Source of the DNA: Porphyridium purpureum
Taxonomy: Eukaryota
NCBI GenBank assembly: GCA_008690995.1
Contig: VRMN01000003.1
Coordinates: forward strand, 744,001-808,000
Direction: 5' to 3'
Length of the DNA stretch: 64,000 nt
The position numbers were made by a program, and so were the translations under genes. Each line of letters begins with the position of its first letter. Position 1 is the stretch's first letter. This document shows, in pieces, positions 9,683-21,242 of this stretch. Under the pieces are notes generated by a model. The model made no database searches and was not told where the DNA came from. It saw only the letters and a program-made list of their open reading frames with translations.

Positions 9683-12592
9683 TCATGTAAACACAGTACG
9701 GATCTGCTCACGAGCGAGCTCCTGCGCTTCAACAAGCTTCGAAGCGTCTTTGGCACCGGCCTGGGCGCCATCAGGTCGACCCCCACCCCCACCACCGCAA
9801 AGCTTTGCCACTGCCCCAATAATCTTCCCCATGTGTACTCCGGCCCGGACTGCATCCTTCCCAGCCACGCCAGAAAAGAATACTTTTTCTCCATTCACTG
9901 CACTTAATACGACAGCTGAGTTTGTTCCCAGTTTCTGAAGCAAGCGCTCTGCAGCTGCTCGCAAGCCGTCCGCGTCTACGCCATCCAACGAGGAAACAAT
10001 GAACTTGAAGTCCGCTGGTCCGCACTGGTCGGTCTTTTCGAGCAGTGCGTCGCTCATGACAAATGCTAGCTTCTTTTTCAATGACTCCAATTGCTTGTTG
10101 GCATCCTTCAGCTCTTCACGCAAGGTATCGACGCGTTCAACCACGTCTTCAGGTCGTGCCTTTAGAGTTCCGCACAGCTCACGAACAATACTATCCCTCG
10201 CTGAAGCAAACTCAACTACTGCGCGCCCACACACGGCCTCAATGCGACGTACGCCCGCAGCAATCCCGGTCTCGTTCAAAATCTTGAAAGCACCGATCTC
10301 AGCGGTGTTCGAAACGTGTGTGCCCCCGCAAAGTTCCATGGAAACGCCCGGCACCTCGACAACCCGTACGTCATTTCTGTCATACTTTTCTCCGAACATC
10401 GCAATCGCGCCGCGTTCTACCGCCTCATCTAGGCTCATGGTTACTACTTGAGCAGGAATACCGCTTTGGATCCACCCGTTGATCATATTCTCAATCGTCT
10501 CGAGCTCCTGCGGACTAAGCGCACGGGGCGAGTTGAAGTCAAATCGAAGTCGCGTCGGATCGACCAAGCTCCCTGCCTGGCTGACCTGGTCTGCACCAAG
10601 CACAAGGCGCAGTGCGGACTGCAGCAAATGCGTGGCCGTATGATGCGCCTTGGTCCGACTTCTCAAGTCACGGTTCACTGTGGCCTTGACTGCGTCTCCC
10701 ACTTTAAGCGAGCCGCACAACATTTCTCCAATGTGTACAAATGCACCAGACTCTTTGCGCACATCCTCCACCAAGAACTGAGAGTCGCCCAATCGCAAGA
10801 TGCCGCAATCACCAACCTGTCCGCCCCCTTCGGCATAAAAAGGGGTCCTTTCCAGCAGCACGCACGCGCGCTGGCCCTCGTCCAATGAATCCACCTGCGC
10901 ATCCTGCACAAACAACCCGCGCACTGCCGCACTTGGGATGTCCAGTTGCGTGTATCCAACAAACTCCGATTCTCCCACGCTTTGGGCAAACGAAGCAAGG
11001 GCTGCGCCAACAGTAAGATCAAGGCTTTCTCGTGCCGCGCGCGCACGAATTCGCTGCTTTTCCATGCATTCATCAAAAGCAGCCATGTCCACGCGGAGCC
11101 CGTTTTCTGCCGCACTTTCTTGTGTCAGCTCTACGGGAAACCCGAACGTGTCATACAACTCGAACGCGATGACACCCGAAAGTACGACCTGCTTGGCTAA
11201 TTTCGCATCGGAAATGGCTTCTTGCAGCCGATCCTCCCCGCGTTCAAGGGTCATGAGAAAGCGTGCTTCCTCTCGTTCGAGCTCCGACCGAATAAATGCC
11301 TCCCTCTCCCGACAATTCGTGTACCCTGCCTTCTCCGCTAGATCCAGTGCGCAACTTGACAGAACGCTGATGAAGGCCCCATCGATGCCAGCTTGTCGCC
11401 CATTGCGAAGCACGCGCCGAATCAGTCGCCTCACAATGTAGCCGCGTCCAGTATTACCCGGACGGACTCCGTCCGCGATCAAATGCATCACGGCGCGCGT
11501 ATGGTCAGCAACTACTTTGAAAGATGTCTGGAGGCGCGCGTCACAATTTTGGTACACTTTCCCGGCCAACTGCGCAGCCTTTTCAATGATGGGGAGCATC
11601 AAATCTGTTTCATAATTGTTGTCCGCGTGTTGAAGTACCTGACACACGCGTTCAAGTCCCATGCCTGTGTCAATATTCTTGCTTTTCAGCGGAGAAAGCG
11701 CGCCTTCCGCGTCGCGGTTGAATTCCATAAAGACGAGGTTGTACAGCTCAATAAACCGTGCGTCGTCTTCAAGATCCACATGCTCGTTTCCGCGGGCTGG
11801 TTCGAAATCATAGTAGATTTCAGAGCACGGGCCGCATGGTCCCGTGGGTCCAGACGCCCAGAAATTATCTTTCGCGCCCATGCGCTTAATGCGCGTCTCT
11901 GGAACACCCACAATATCCCTCCAAATAGCGTATGCCTCGTCATCGTCCTCGAAGACGCTCACTGCTAGGCGCTCCGTCGGAATGCCAAACACCGTGGTGA
12001 GAAGTTCCCAGGCCATTTGGCATGCCTCTGGCTTAAAATAATCTCCAAAGGAGAAGTTGCCCAGCATCTCAAAGAAAGTGTGGTGCCTTTTCGTGACGCC
12101 GACGTTTTCGATATCGTTGGTTCTAATGCATTTCTGCGACGACGTTGCTCTCGCACACGATCGCTCTTCTAGGCCCAGAAAGACGGGTTTGAATGGCACC
12201 ATGCCGGCAATCGTCAGCAGAATCGTTGGGTCGGAAGGAACCAGCGATGCAGAATCCATCCTCACGTGCGCATATCGCGGATGTTTCTCGTAGAACGACA
12301 GAAAGGTCTCACGGACTCTCACGCTGCTCCACTCAACCGCGGCATCAGACGACGTAACCGCCTTCTCATCCTGAACACGGGCATCTGCGGCGCGCGCCAA
12401 TACTCTGTGCCCGTCGCGTTGTCCCACCGGCACGCCGCCATGCGCCGACGAGCGTCGCGCCTTGCCGGCCGTTCCTGGTGCGTGGCGCCGCACCCGCGGC
12501 AACCGCGCAGACGCACTGGCGCTTCCCGCCTTGCACGGCAGCACTGGGTTTCCAGGAACGAACGCCAGCTGCCCTCTCAGTGTGGTGTCCAT
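9683..12592 (-). CDS. alaS: Alanyl-tRNA synthetase, organellar (cyanobacterial/plastid type)
   Basis: SASLVPSDPTILLTIAGMVPFK, RHHTFFEMLGNFSFGDYFK, GPCGPCSEI, IDTGMGLER, HHTATHLL, ELCGGTH and GGGGGRPD motifs. Presequence MDTTLRGQLAFVPG; alternative ATGs at 12601 and 12685. Confidence 0.96.
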   Translation of the reverse strand: MDTTLRGQLAFVPGNPVLPCKAGSASASARLPRVRRHAPGTAGKARRSSAHGGVPVGQRDGHRVLARAADARVQDEKAVTSSDAAVEWSSVRVRETFLSFYEKHPRYAHVRMDSASLVPSDPTILLTIAGMVPFKPVFLGLEERSCARATSSQKCIRTNDIENVGVTKRHHTFFEMLGNFSFGDYFKPEACQMAWELLTTVFGIPTERLAVSVFEDDDEAYAIWRDIVGVPETRIKRMGAKDNFWASGPTGPCGPCSEIYYDFEPARGNEHVDLEDDARFIELYNLVFMEFNRDAEGALSPLKSKNIDTGMGLERVCQVLQHADNNYETDLMLPIIEKAAQLAGKVYQNCDARLQTSFKVVADHTRAVMHLIADGVRPGNTGRGYIVRRLIRRVLRNGRQAGIDGAFISVLSSCALDLAEKAGYTNCREREAFIRSELEREEARFLMTLERGEDRLQEAISDAKLAKQVVLSGVIAFELYDTFGFPVELTQESAAENGLRVDMAAFDECMEKQRIRARAARESLDLTVGAALASFAQSVGESEFVGYTQLDIPSAAVRGLFVQDAQVDSLDEGQRACVLLERTPFYAEGGGQVGDCGILRLGDSQFLVEDVRKESGAFVHIGEMLCGSLKVGDAVKATVNRDLRSRTKAHHTATHLLQSALRLVLGADQVSQAGSLVDPTRLRFDFNSPRALSPQELETIENMINGWIQSGIPAQVVTMSLDEAVERGAIAMFGEKYDRNDVRVVEVPGVSMELCGGTHVSNTAEIGAFKILNETGIAAGVRRIEAVCGRAVVEFASARDSIVRELCGTLKARPEDVVERVDTLREELKDANKQLESLKKKLAFVMSDALLEKTDQCGPADFKFIVSSLDGVDADGLRAAAERLLQKLGTNSAVVLSAVNGEKVFFSGVAGKDAVRAGVHMGKIIGAVAKLCGGGGGGRPDGAQAGAKDASKLVEAQELAREQIRTVFT

Positions 12593-14191
12593 GCTGTGCA
12601 TTCCCGTGGCCGCAGCCTTCACCCTCTGGCCGCCCACAATCCCAACGTCGCCGCGAGCTCCACGAGATTCGCCCGCCGCGAGCATGCTGCGTTCGACTCC
12701 TACGAAATCGGGCCATTTTGTGACACGCTGCGAAGTACACTGATGAAGTACAGCCGTATTCCGCGCCACCAACGTGCCAACGGCGTCCCGGCTGCGCTCA
12801 AGACACGTCTCGGCAGCACCTGCCAGCCACGGCGGGTCTGGATGCCGGCAACGGGCAGCTCGACGCCACTTCCAACCACTGTCCTTGGTTCATGTCGCGC
12901 GCGTAATGGCACCTTAATACTCAATTGACGATGTTTCGTCGCTTCGCAGGCTGGAACTAGGGCATGCAACGGTCCCATCACCCGGACGATGCGATAGTAA
13001 CGGGAGAGAAACAATGGCCATGGCCATGGCGGTGGCTATTGCGTGCAAGCCATGTCTTCTCCTCGGAATTGTGGCCAGGAATGGGAGAGCACCGACTCTG
13101 CGTCGGTCACACGGTTGACTGGTTGCACGGAACGCGCATTCTGCCCTGTCGAAGGATATGCCGCGAGAACTGGGAAGGCGCGACGTCTTGCGCTTGGTCG
13201 GGTAGCTTTTCTTTCAGTCGAGATAAAGGATGGTCCTGCAAAGTGTGCACTGTTTCGAAGTCGACTGCGCGCAAACAGAGTCTGTCTTGTGCGCGTTGTC
13301 GTCACGGCTACCGTAGTGGGGTGTCACATCGCCTGCGGAGCCCGTTCGAGAGTTCGGATCCCCCCCGAGTCAAAACTTGGTTGAATTGCTCCTTGTCACG
13401 GGGAATTCCAGCGAAGGCAATTGCGTTTTCTAGTACGACCGCGGCCGTTTTCGACACACGGCTTCCGAACAAAGAGCACGTGCCCTTCATACCCACAACG
13501 GAGGTGCAGCGTTTCGGGCAGCGCGAACGTCGAGGCGCTGGATTCCGGCGGCCAGATGGCGCGCTTGCCCGAGTCCGCGCGGCGTCAGATACGTCCCGTC
13601 TTCCTGCCGCGCGACCCATCATTCACGTGGTTTGACCCTGCATGAATTCACGGGCGCTCCGGTTAATAACGCCACGGCGTACGCGTGCATTAAGCAACGT
13701 GCGGCTGGGCTCTGTCCATTACACGCGAGGACGCTCTAGCGCGTTGCACCAACGTTTGTGATGGAGCGCGCGTGGCCGCAACCTCACCGCGCTCGTAACC
13801 CCCAAAAAATCCTCAAAAACACCGAAAATAGAATGCGTGGAAGCGGCGCATCACATTGCGCTCTCGGAGGGTTTCTACGGCACGCGCTCGGATGAACGCA
13901 GCCGCGCTTGGAAACCGACGGGCCAAACGTTTTTAAGATGCGTACGCGTGGCGTGCGTGGGTATCTACGCGCAGACATGTTGGATGGACATGTGAAATCG
14001 CACCGCGACACAGTCAAGTGCTGCTGTCATGCCGTTCTACCTCCGCGAGGCGTGAGTCGAAGATTCGCTGCCCTGCTGATCATGCGGGTTGCCACGCTGC
14101 GGCGCATATAAGTATCGCAACGCGCACGCCGTGACCAGATGCGCTGGACGCGAAAGTGACTAATGGCTGGAAAGAGTGCGGCGAGGACAGG

Positions 14192-14584
14192 ATGGACTCA
14201 AACGCTATGAGTGAGAAATGCAGTCACGCAAACGAGACGTCGGCGCAAGGTGCGTTGGTCGAGACCTTGGAGCCGTGTAGTGCCTCGCGCGAGTGCACGC
14301 TGCCCACGCCAGATACGGAACAAAGAATATGTGCTGCCGGTCCGTTGACAAGGGCGGAAACGATTGAGTCCAGCGAACAGGAGCTTGATAATGTCGCTCG
14401 TGATCCATCTGCTTCTGCTGCGGCCATTTTCCCTGACTCTTTGAGGAGAGCGGGGCGCGCGGAGCGACCGCGTCTCCGGGACGAGCGGCGTGCTCGCAAA
14501 CGGCGCCTCTTAATCAGAAGGCACGCGCCTGTTAGACGATTCGTGCTTCCAGAGAAAAGCCGACCGGCACATATCAACTTGTAA
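14192..14584 (+). CDS. Hypothetical small protein with basic C-terminus
   Basis: 130-aa ATG-initiated ORF with an acidic N-half and an Arg-rich C-end, convergent with the WD40 gene at a spacing similar to other pairs. No family recognised. Confidence 0.3.
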   Translation: MDSNAMSEKCSHANETSAQGALVETLEPCSASRECTLPTPDTEQRICAAGPLTRAETIESSEQELDNVARDPSASAAAIFPDSLRRAGRAERPRLRDERRARKRRLLIRRHAPVRRFVLPEKSRPAHINL

Positions 14585-14714
14585 TCATACCGAACGTAGG
14601 ACCGGGCGCAGTCGAAGAGTGCTAGGTACGTGTCGTGTTGTAGAACCAGAACAACAAAGTATTCCGTTAATGTGCAAACAATAGTATTGCACAGTACGCG
14701 CACAGCTTCCTTGC

Positions 14715-15950
14715 TCACGCGAGCAGAATTTCATTGCACACGGACTCCGGCAAGCGCCGAAGACAAAAGCGGCCGTCGTACGACAGCGACGCAAGACTCA
14801 GCGGATCTTGCCGACTCCACGCAATATCATACACCGTGTCGTCATGATCTGGGAATGTGCACTTTGCTTTGGTCCGGTCCGTCTCACCACTCGTAGGCTG
14901 TGTGGAAGACGTGTGTAATGCGTCCGTGAGCCACACGCGTACCACGCCATCAGTGCCGCTCGTCGCCAGCACGCCGCCAAATTGGCTGTTGTAGCGAAGA
15001 GCGCACGCACTGTGCTCGTGCGCGTGTACATGAGCCGTGGGCTCAGCGGAACGCGAACTGTCCGCGTTCGCTGCAAACCGTCTCAAATCCCAGCATCGCA
15101 ATGTCCCATCGTCTCCCACAGAGCTCAGCGCCTTGTCCGAAAAAGGACCGAATTCTGCGCACCTAGTTCCGAGCGCATGTGCTAGCCACGTGTGGACAAC
15201 AGTAGTTGGTGTGCGCGAGTCCCCAATAGCGAGCCCGTGTTTACCGAGTGCCATCACAAAAACGTTCGGCGTATCGGAGCACCAGCGCGCCGGGCCGCAT
15301 CGGTTGCTGTCTTTACACATGTCAAGCAGCTCGATTCCCACAAACAAGGGCGACAATCCGGCCTGGCCAAGATCAAGTAGGCACAAGGATTGTGAACTGG
15401 CTGCGAGCGCGCGATGTCTCATCGTCGGGCTCACATCGACGTGCAAGGCCACGCCATGCTGTGCTCGGTCCAGCTCTGAGACATCCGTGATGCGGAGTTC
15501 GGATGAGGAAAGTTGCGAGCCCGGCCATTTTAAAACTGCAAATGAAGTACTGGTCCCGCTGCGCAGTGCGGCGACAATCTTTCCGTCACTCTCCGCTGCT
15601 GACCACACTTCTGCTCCCGCCGGCGACCCGAAGCGCTCGACATGGATGTCCTGTCGCAAGTCGGCCGGGTCCGACCCGGCTTCTAAAGGTATGCCCCCGT
15701 GTGTTCGCGCCCCGTCTAGCGTGCCATCCACACGAGCCTCGTCGTCTTTCAGTCGGATGAGCGCATTGTGCGATAACTTGCGAACAGTCCCCGTACCAAC
15801 CATAAATTGCGACAGGTTGGTAGGCGCGGCACCAGTATCCCGTTCCTTGTTGTAGCCAACCCTGTCGTCCTGCTCACCGATGCCTTGACCCATCGGTGCC
15901 AAGCAACGAGCGCCGTGCCCGAGGCCCACGGATCGTGCTCCACGCCACAT
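14715..15950 (-). CDS. EIPR1: WD40 protein, EIPR1/TSSC1 (DWA2-like) family
   Basis: N-terminal GLGHGARCLA...FMVGT and C-terminal HDDTVYDIAWS..DP..LASLSYDGR...EILL resemble the TSSC1/EIPR1 termini. WD repeats present (GDDGTLRCWD, GTDGVVRVW). Confidence 0.8.
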   Translation of the reverse strand: MWRGARSVGLGHGARCLAPMGQGIGEQDDRVGYNKERDTGAAPTNLSQFMVGTGTVRKLSHNALIRLKDDEARVDGTLDGARTHGGIPLEAGSDPADLRQDIHVERFGSPAGAEVWSAAESDGKIVAALRSGTSTSFAVLKWPGSQLSSSELRITDVSELDRAQHGVALHVDVSPTMRHRALAASSQSLCLLDLGQAGLSPLFVGIELLDMCKDSNRCGPARWCSDTPNVFVMALGKHGLAIGDSRTPTTVVHTWLAHALGTRCAEFGPFSDKALSSVGDDGTLRCWDLRRFAANADSSRSAEPTAHVHAHEHSACALRYNSQFGGVLATSGTDGVVRVWLTDALHTSSTQPTSGETDRTKAKCTFPDHDDTVYDIAWSRQDPLSLASLSYDGRFCLRRLPESVCNEILLA

Positions 15951-16139
15951 CTCGGATTCTGGAAGGCTAGCCTCAGACGCAGTTTCCGACACAAGATTCG
16001 GAGGATCCAACTAAAAGCTCTCATTTCTGTCTTGTCAGGGAACTCATGGGGTGTTCGAACTGGAGTTTAACAATGTGGGTCACATGAAGCCGGAAGCAAA
16101 TTTAATTAGTTGAAGATGAGACGATACCATGTACGCCAT

Positions 16140-16895
16140 CTATGCACTGGCTATGCGCGCAAGCATGTGCTGATCCAGGTCCCGCACGCTTAGCTGAGCC
16201 CTCTCACAGATTGCCAGCCTATTGTCACGGTCTCTGACGGGAGGCGGGAGCGCAATGTTGTTAGACAAGCGCATCTCTAGCTGACCTGACGAGCCTCGAC
16301 TTCGGATGCCGTTCGATAGAAAGGGTATGTCGCTCTGTACAGACTGCGTCGAAGTCGCGCGAGAACCAGACAAAGACTTGATCGTAATCGAGTACTGCTG
16401 GTTGAATGTCAGCACATTGGATGACAGAAGACACGTTCTCGCAGAATCCTGGCGTCGCTGCGTTGCCTTCGTCTCTTTTGCCTTAACCAGCGATGGCGCA
16501 CCTTGAAGGTCCTCCGGCGAGAAAGTACTTTCATGGTCAAGCCTCGGCGCGGAAAGCGGAGACATAGTCATCCGTGAGGGGTTTGGCGAACGAGCTGGAC
16601 GTTGGTTGAAAGCCAGCGGGCTGTTCGGACTTTGCCTTGGCACCTGTCTCGGATGGCGCGTAGCCTTCTTAGGCGTCGGTGTTTCTGGCGCAGCAGTCTT
16701 TCCTTCGTAACCTGGCACTTGCGACAAATCGAGTTTCCCGCTCAGGCGCTTCGGCGGAGCACTGCGTTTATCCGGGCACGAGCGGCGTCCCTCCCGCCCT
16801 CGGCGAGTATTGGCTTCGGGCCGTGCTGTTGATTCGTCAAAGTCCACTTCCCGCTCCTGACGGATGTGTGGTGCGGGGCACGTTGCGAAATCCAT
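16140..16895 (-). CDS. Hypothetical Ser/Pro/Arg-rich, probably disordered protein
   Basis: 251-aa ATG-initiated ORF in tandem with the WD40 gene. No domain recognised. Confidence 0.45.
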   Translation of the reverse strand: MDFATCPAPHIRQEREVDFDESTARPEANTRRGREGRRSCPDKRSAPPKRLSGKLDLSQVPGYEGKTAAPETPTPKKATRHPRQVPRQSPNSPLAFNQRPARSPNPSRMTMSPLSAPRLDHESTFSPEDLQGAPSLVKAKETKATQRRQDSARTCLLSSNVLTFNQQYSITIKSLSGSRATSTQSVQSDIPFLSNGIRSRGSSGQLEMRLSNNIALPPPVRDRDNRLAICERAQLSVRDLDQHMLARIASA

Positions 16896-18541
16896 CTGCT
16901 GGAGGCTGCCTCAAGCCGTCCGTCCACGTTCTCTCAAACCTTCCCAGCCTTTGCACGGGAGGCGACACACACACTTTTTCGTTCGTCCTGTGCGACAGAC
17001 CCAGGCCGCTATCAGGGTATAAAGCTCCATTTATATGCGGTCGCCAGAGTCGATGGGCGGGGAGACATTCGAACAGCGGGCTCGTTCACGAACATCAGAC
17101 TGCCCATTCTGCACTGCTCTTCACGTGAGGTGTACTTCTTTGTGGGCTCACGTGCATGCCCACGCAACATGCGTCAAATCGAAACTGGACTTTCCAACTC
17201 GGATTCTGTCCTGAGCGACGGGTTTCTCCGTGTTGCTTTGTGGGCCAAGAAGAGCGGAAGGCGCGTGGGACGGGTGAACGAATACAGCGGGACTTACGTC
17301 CGGCGTTGTGAATGTCGGGCGCGGCAGCCGTGCATGAGCGGAGTGACGAGCCGATGAAACGCTGAGTCATCGAGTCTGATGCCGAAATCGGTTTCGGATC
17401 GGTGCGAGGATCGTTACATGCTTGCTTGAATAGCAGTGCGCGGAACTCAGTCTGACGGTGCGGAGAGTTTGCAGTCCACCTTATTTTCGGTGCGATCGAT
17501 CTCAAGGGGCGCACGCACTGAGTGAGCGAGCAAGTAAGTGCAACACCGATGATACCACGTCTCCAGCAGCTGCGGCCGTGCGACTGGCTCGCGTCGATAC
17601 GTGTGCTGACTGTGCGTGCACGTTCGTCGGCACTTGTCGGGTGAATCGTGCGTGTTCGCGTGCTGGCTACGGACTTTGTCCATGCCCTCGTGCAGCTGCT
17701 AGCCCTTTACCGGCAGGAGTCCCAACCCTGCCGAGACCGATGGATTTGACTCACATGCCCTATCGTTCCTCTTGACAGAATGCGAAGGTTGCCGCATACA
17801 GATCAAGCAATGGCTCGTGTCCACGACAACATGCATGCACTTGAGGCATACCGTGATGTACCATGATGGTGAGAGACGGGTGTACAAACGGTGCACAGGT
17901 TGCTTCCTCAGCCAGAAGACTTCAACAAGAACCCTGCAGGCACAGCTGTACTCCCACGGGGTATAGCCGTATGGGCTTTGCACGGCGCGGGCCGTCTGCG
18001 AGCTGACAGCCACTTGTGAATCAAATGTTTCAAGTGGATGAAGCGAAAACGTCGATGGGGCTTGACCACCGCCCAGAATCAAATAGCTCGTGCTGAAAGG
18101 CGCATGTTGCACAGTCATGTACTGGCGCACAGAGCTGGCTTTGGTGCATGTCAAGCATGCATGTGATGTGAGGATGGAGACAGGCCTCTTTCACGAACGC
18201 CAAAAACCATGCTTGACTCCGCACACTGTGCAGAGAGGCATGCAAGATTTGTGCCGAAGAAGCAGACGGCTGAGATCGATTTTTTCAGAAAGGAAAACGG
18301 CATCGTTGGCTTGCGACACCCGCGCCCGGGAGCCTAAGGCGCCGTTTGGGTTGCGATCAACGTGAGGATGCTTCTCCTGCTGCTTCACGTTCCCACACAT
18401 TGTGCGAGCCGGCTTTTGCGGAAACCACGGGGATGTACTAAACGAGCGAGTCCTCCATGAATTTTATTTCGCTTGGTACCATTAGACATAGTACGCATCG
18501 TTGAACACTTCACTGTGACGCACGGGACCGCCCAGGGCACC

Positions 18542-20734
18542 TTATTCTGCGACGGGGTGCTCCCTGCCGACCTGCACTTCGTCAATATCATCTTCGTCAT
18601 CATCATCTTCTTCGTCTTCTTCTTCATCATCGTTGCTCAAGCGCTCGTATTCTATGATTGCAAAGCGGTCCCAATCAGATAATTCTGCAGTCAAGCGCTC
18701 ATACTTCATTTGCGCGGCAGTCTTGTTTTCCTGCTGGAAAAATTTGTTCAGGTTGAACAAGACATTAAAGAAAGCGCCACCATTAGGTGATGTCAAAATG
18801 TCTCTCATCGTGATGTAGGGCCTATCAAAGTGTGGCCGGACCATGTCCAGAAGCTGGCACACGATATCTGCAAGTGGAACGGTCTCATGCCCCAGACACT
18901 CCATGCGATGAAGCTGTTCTTCATAGAAAAAGTCGATGTCGGAGAGCGTGATCAGCCCGTCACCGTCCAAATCGATACAGCGGAACCAGTAGAGCCTACT
19001 TGTTCTGGTGCTCTTGTCCTCTTCGCTTAGACAGAACCACACAAAATCTGTGTATGACATTTTTTCCTCGTCAGTATCAAACTGCCGTCCGTAGCCCGCA
19101 AAAATGCGGTCAACAATGCGATACGTTAGCGAGTGGTTCGCGTATCGTACCAGATCGTCCTTCTTCAGCATGAGGTCATGATCTGCGTCAATCTCCCAAA
19201 AGCGGCAGTACAGAACATAGAAGTGCTCGTACGAAAAGTAATTACGCTCTTTGTTGATGTCCTCCTCCTCGTCCAAATCCATCAAGGTTTCCAGCATACG
19301 CAAGCGATTGAACTCCTCAAAATAAATCTTGCCGTTCGGAAACCGAGACAGCCTGTAGAATATCCGCTCGACTACTGTTTCAGCGTATCTTTGTTGAAAC
19401 TCAGGCGTCGCGTTCAAAAATGTTAATCCTGGGTGGATCTCAAGAAGCGCTTGCATCAATTCGGCAAAATCGCTACGAATCAAGTACGACCGTTTCACTT
19501 GCAGCTCACTTTCATTCAGCAAAAACTTGAAGAGACGCATCGATCGGCTTGCGCTGGCGCAAAACGATTCATAAAAGTCCCAAAATACTGACTTTGGCAT
19601 TCCGGTGTCTGAGTGTGGTCTGGGAGCATTCGGCTTTCGTCCGTCTCCCTGGTCGTTGGCGGGAGAAAGTGCTGGGGTAGCGAGCCCTGCCGCACGCATT
19701 ATTCGATCGTACAAGGTTCCTGACAGGAAACTCGGCAAGCCAATCGTTTCCACAATCAGCTCAGGAAAGTCTGAGCGCTTGACGCGCTTTTCCTTGCCTG
19801 TTTCAGGCTGCGCATCAAAGAATTCGGCAATCATTTCGCGCTCCATGTCTTGATGTTCTGGAAGTCCCGTTCCTAGCTTGAAGTAAAATGGCGGGATATT
19901 TGCCGCATTTCGCTTGGATCTGGCAGTTTTGAGCGACTTCAACCGCCCACCGGCGACAGAATCGTCGGTTTTCAAGGTCATACGCGCTGTCAACGGCGGA
20001 TGCTCTGCATCATCCTTAACAAAAGGTGGGAAAAATGCAAATGCTCCGGACATTGCTTGACTTCGCGGTGAGGCCAACGCCGCACCCGCAAAAAAGGGTT
20101 CCTTCAGAAGCCTTGTAACGGGCGACATGGGAGCCATTCTTGAGAACAGCTCCGAGTCCATAGAGTTCGGCGTCATCATCTTCCCAGAAGCTCCGCTCGT
20201 CGCAGAGCGTGCAGTCGGTCCCTCGGACACAAGTGTTACTGGTTCGTTCAGCGCAAACTTTTCGAGATACGCGCCTAAGACTTGTTGAATTTCACTTTGC
20301 TCAAGCCATCTGAAAAAGAGCTCGTTCAATTTCTTTGAAGGCTCAGGGCACTTGTCTGATCCGCGCAATCTCGACTTTTTTCTCGCAACAGACGCAGAAA
20401 TGCGGCCCGTTCTGAGCGGCACGCTAAAATCTTGATCCGAAAAGAGTGCGTCACCCGAGCCTCCTGCTGCGGCCACTCCTCCGCTACCGCCGCTTCCACC
20501 TCCACCAGCTGTCCAATTCTCTACCGAAGATGTTTGGGTGATCGCGCTCTCATTCGCTGGGCGGATGCTCGGATCCATCTGGTCACCATCATCTCGCCTT
20601 GTGCTAACAGTCAGCTCCATGGAAAGCCCAGCCCGACGCCGCGCTCGGAACGACGAGCCCAATGTGGTCGGTGGTGACGCATTTTCCTCGTTTGTATTAG
20701 ACGCCTGCTGCTTCCGTTCCTCTTGTTGCTCCAT
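18542..20734 (-). CDS. PPP2R3: Protein phosphatase 2A regulatory subunit B'' (PR72/PR130 family, EF-hand)
   Basis: IPPFYF, HPGLTFLNATPEFQQRYAETVVERIFY, YFSYEHFYVLYCRFWEIDADHD, SEEDK...YWFRCIDLDGDG and SDWDRFA..EYERL motifs. Confidence 0.95.
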   Translation of the reverse strand: MEQQEERKQQASNTNEENASPPTTLGSSFRARRRAGLSMELTVSTRRDDGDQMDPSIRPANESAITQTSSVENWTAGGGGSGGSGGVAAAGGSGDALFSDQDFSVPLRTGRISASVARKKSRLRGSDKCPEPSKKLNELFFRWLEQSEIQQVLGAYLEKFALNEPVTLVSEGPTARSATSGASGKMMTPNSMDSELFSRMAPMSPVTRLLKEPFFAGAALASPRSQAMSGAFAFFPPFVKDDAEHPPLTARMTLKTDDSVAGGRLKSLKTARSKRNAANIPPFYFKLGTGLPEHQDMEREMIAEFFDAQPETGKEKRVKRSDFPELIVETIGLPSFLSGTLYDRIMRAAGLATPALSPANDQGDGRKPNAPRPHSDTGMPKSVFWDFYESFCASASRSMRLFKFLLNESELQVKRSYLIRSDFAELMQALLEIHPGLTFLNATPEFQQRYAETVVERIFYRLSRFPNGKIYFEEFNRLRMLETLMDLDEEEDINKERNYFSYEHFYVLYCRFWEIDADHDLMLKKDDLVRYANHSLTYRIVDRIFAGYGRQFDTDEEKMSYTDFVWFCLSEEDKSTRTSRLYWFRCIDLDGDGLITLSDIDFFYEEQLHRMECLGHETVPLADIVCQLLDMVRPHFDRPYITMRDILTSPNGGAFFNVLFNLNKFFQQENKTAAQMKYERLTAELSDWDRFAIIEYERLSNDDEEEDEEDDDDEDDIDEVQVGREHPVAE

Positions 20735-21242
20735 GAAAGGTCCTTGCAAGCCCAAACCTGACAGTCGCAGGCTGGGGTCTAGCCAGATCCGTCCAAATCT
20801 CTCTGTTGGCGAGAGGGATTCGAAATGTTCAAAGACGCGCCGTTTCCGCAGCAAGTCTCACCGAGCAGCTAGTGATGAAGGCGAGCCGGAGGGCAGCAAA
20901 CGCACGTGCGGCTCGTCCTGTTGCCTTCCCTCTCCGTGAAGCGCCGCGCCCGTCAACCTGAACACACCGCCATCCTTCCTCGCACCAAATGAAAGCGTGT
21001 CAGCCGACTGTACATCCGTGTACCCCTGATAGTCAGTCCGAGAGTTGTGCGTGGTACACTTAACTGTACCTCCTTCAAAGTTGGAGCGGCGCGAACCCTA
21101 ATGCCCGTTGTTTTCGGCGAAGCGGTTGTCCGCCGGCAGCACACGCGGTGTCGCGGGGCCTGGAGTGGTGGCGGCGGAGACCCAAGCTGTGAATACACGA
21201 AGAGAGTGGGCACGGACACGGACACGGACGCGCACAGAGAAT

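Noticed and set aside
12800..14150. Possible genes or ncRNAs in the long intergenic regions (also 16900-18500 and 51500-52250)
   Set aside because: No tRNA, rRNA or snRNA signatures or convincing ORFs recognised by eye; an Infernal/Rfam scan would be needed.
17772..17966. Short ORF with two CxxC motifs (possible zinc finger)
   Set aside because: Non-ATG start, 64 aa, flanked by stops and no other support.
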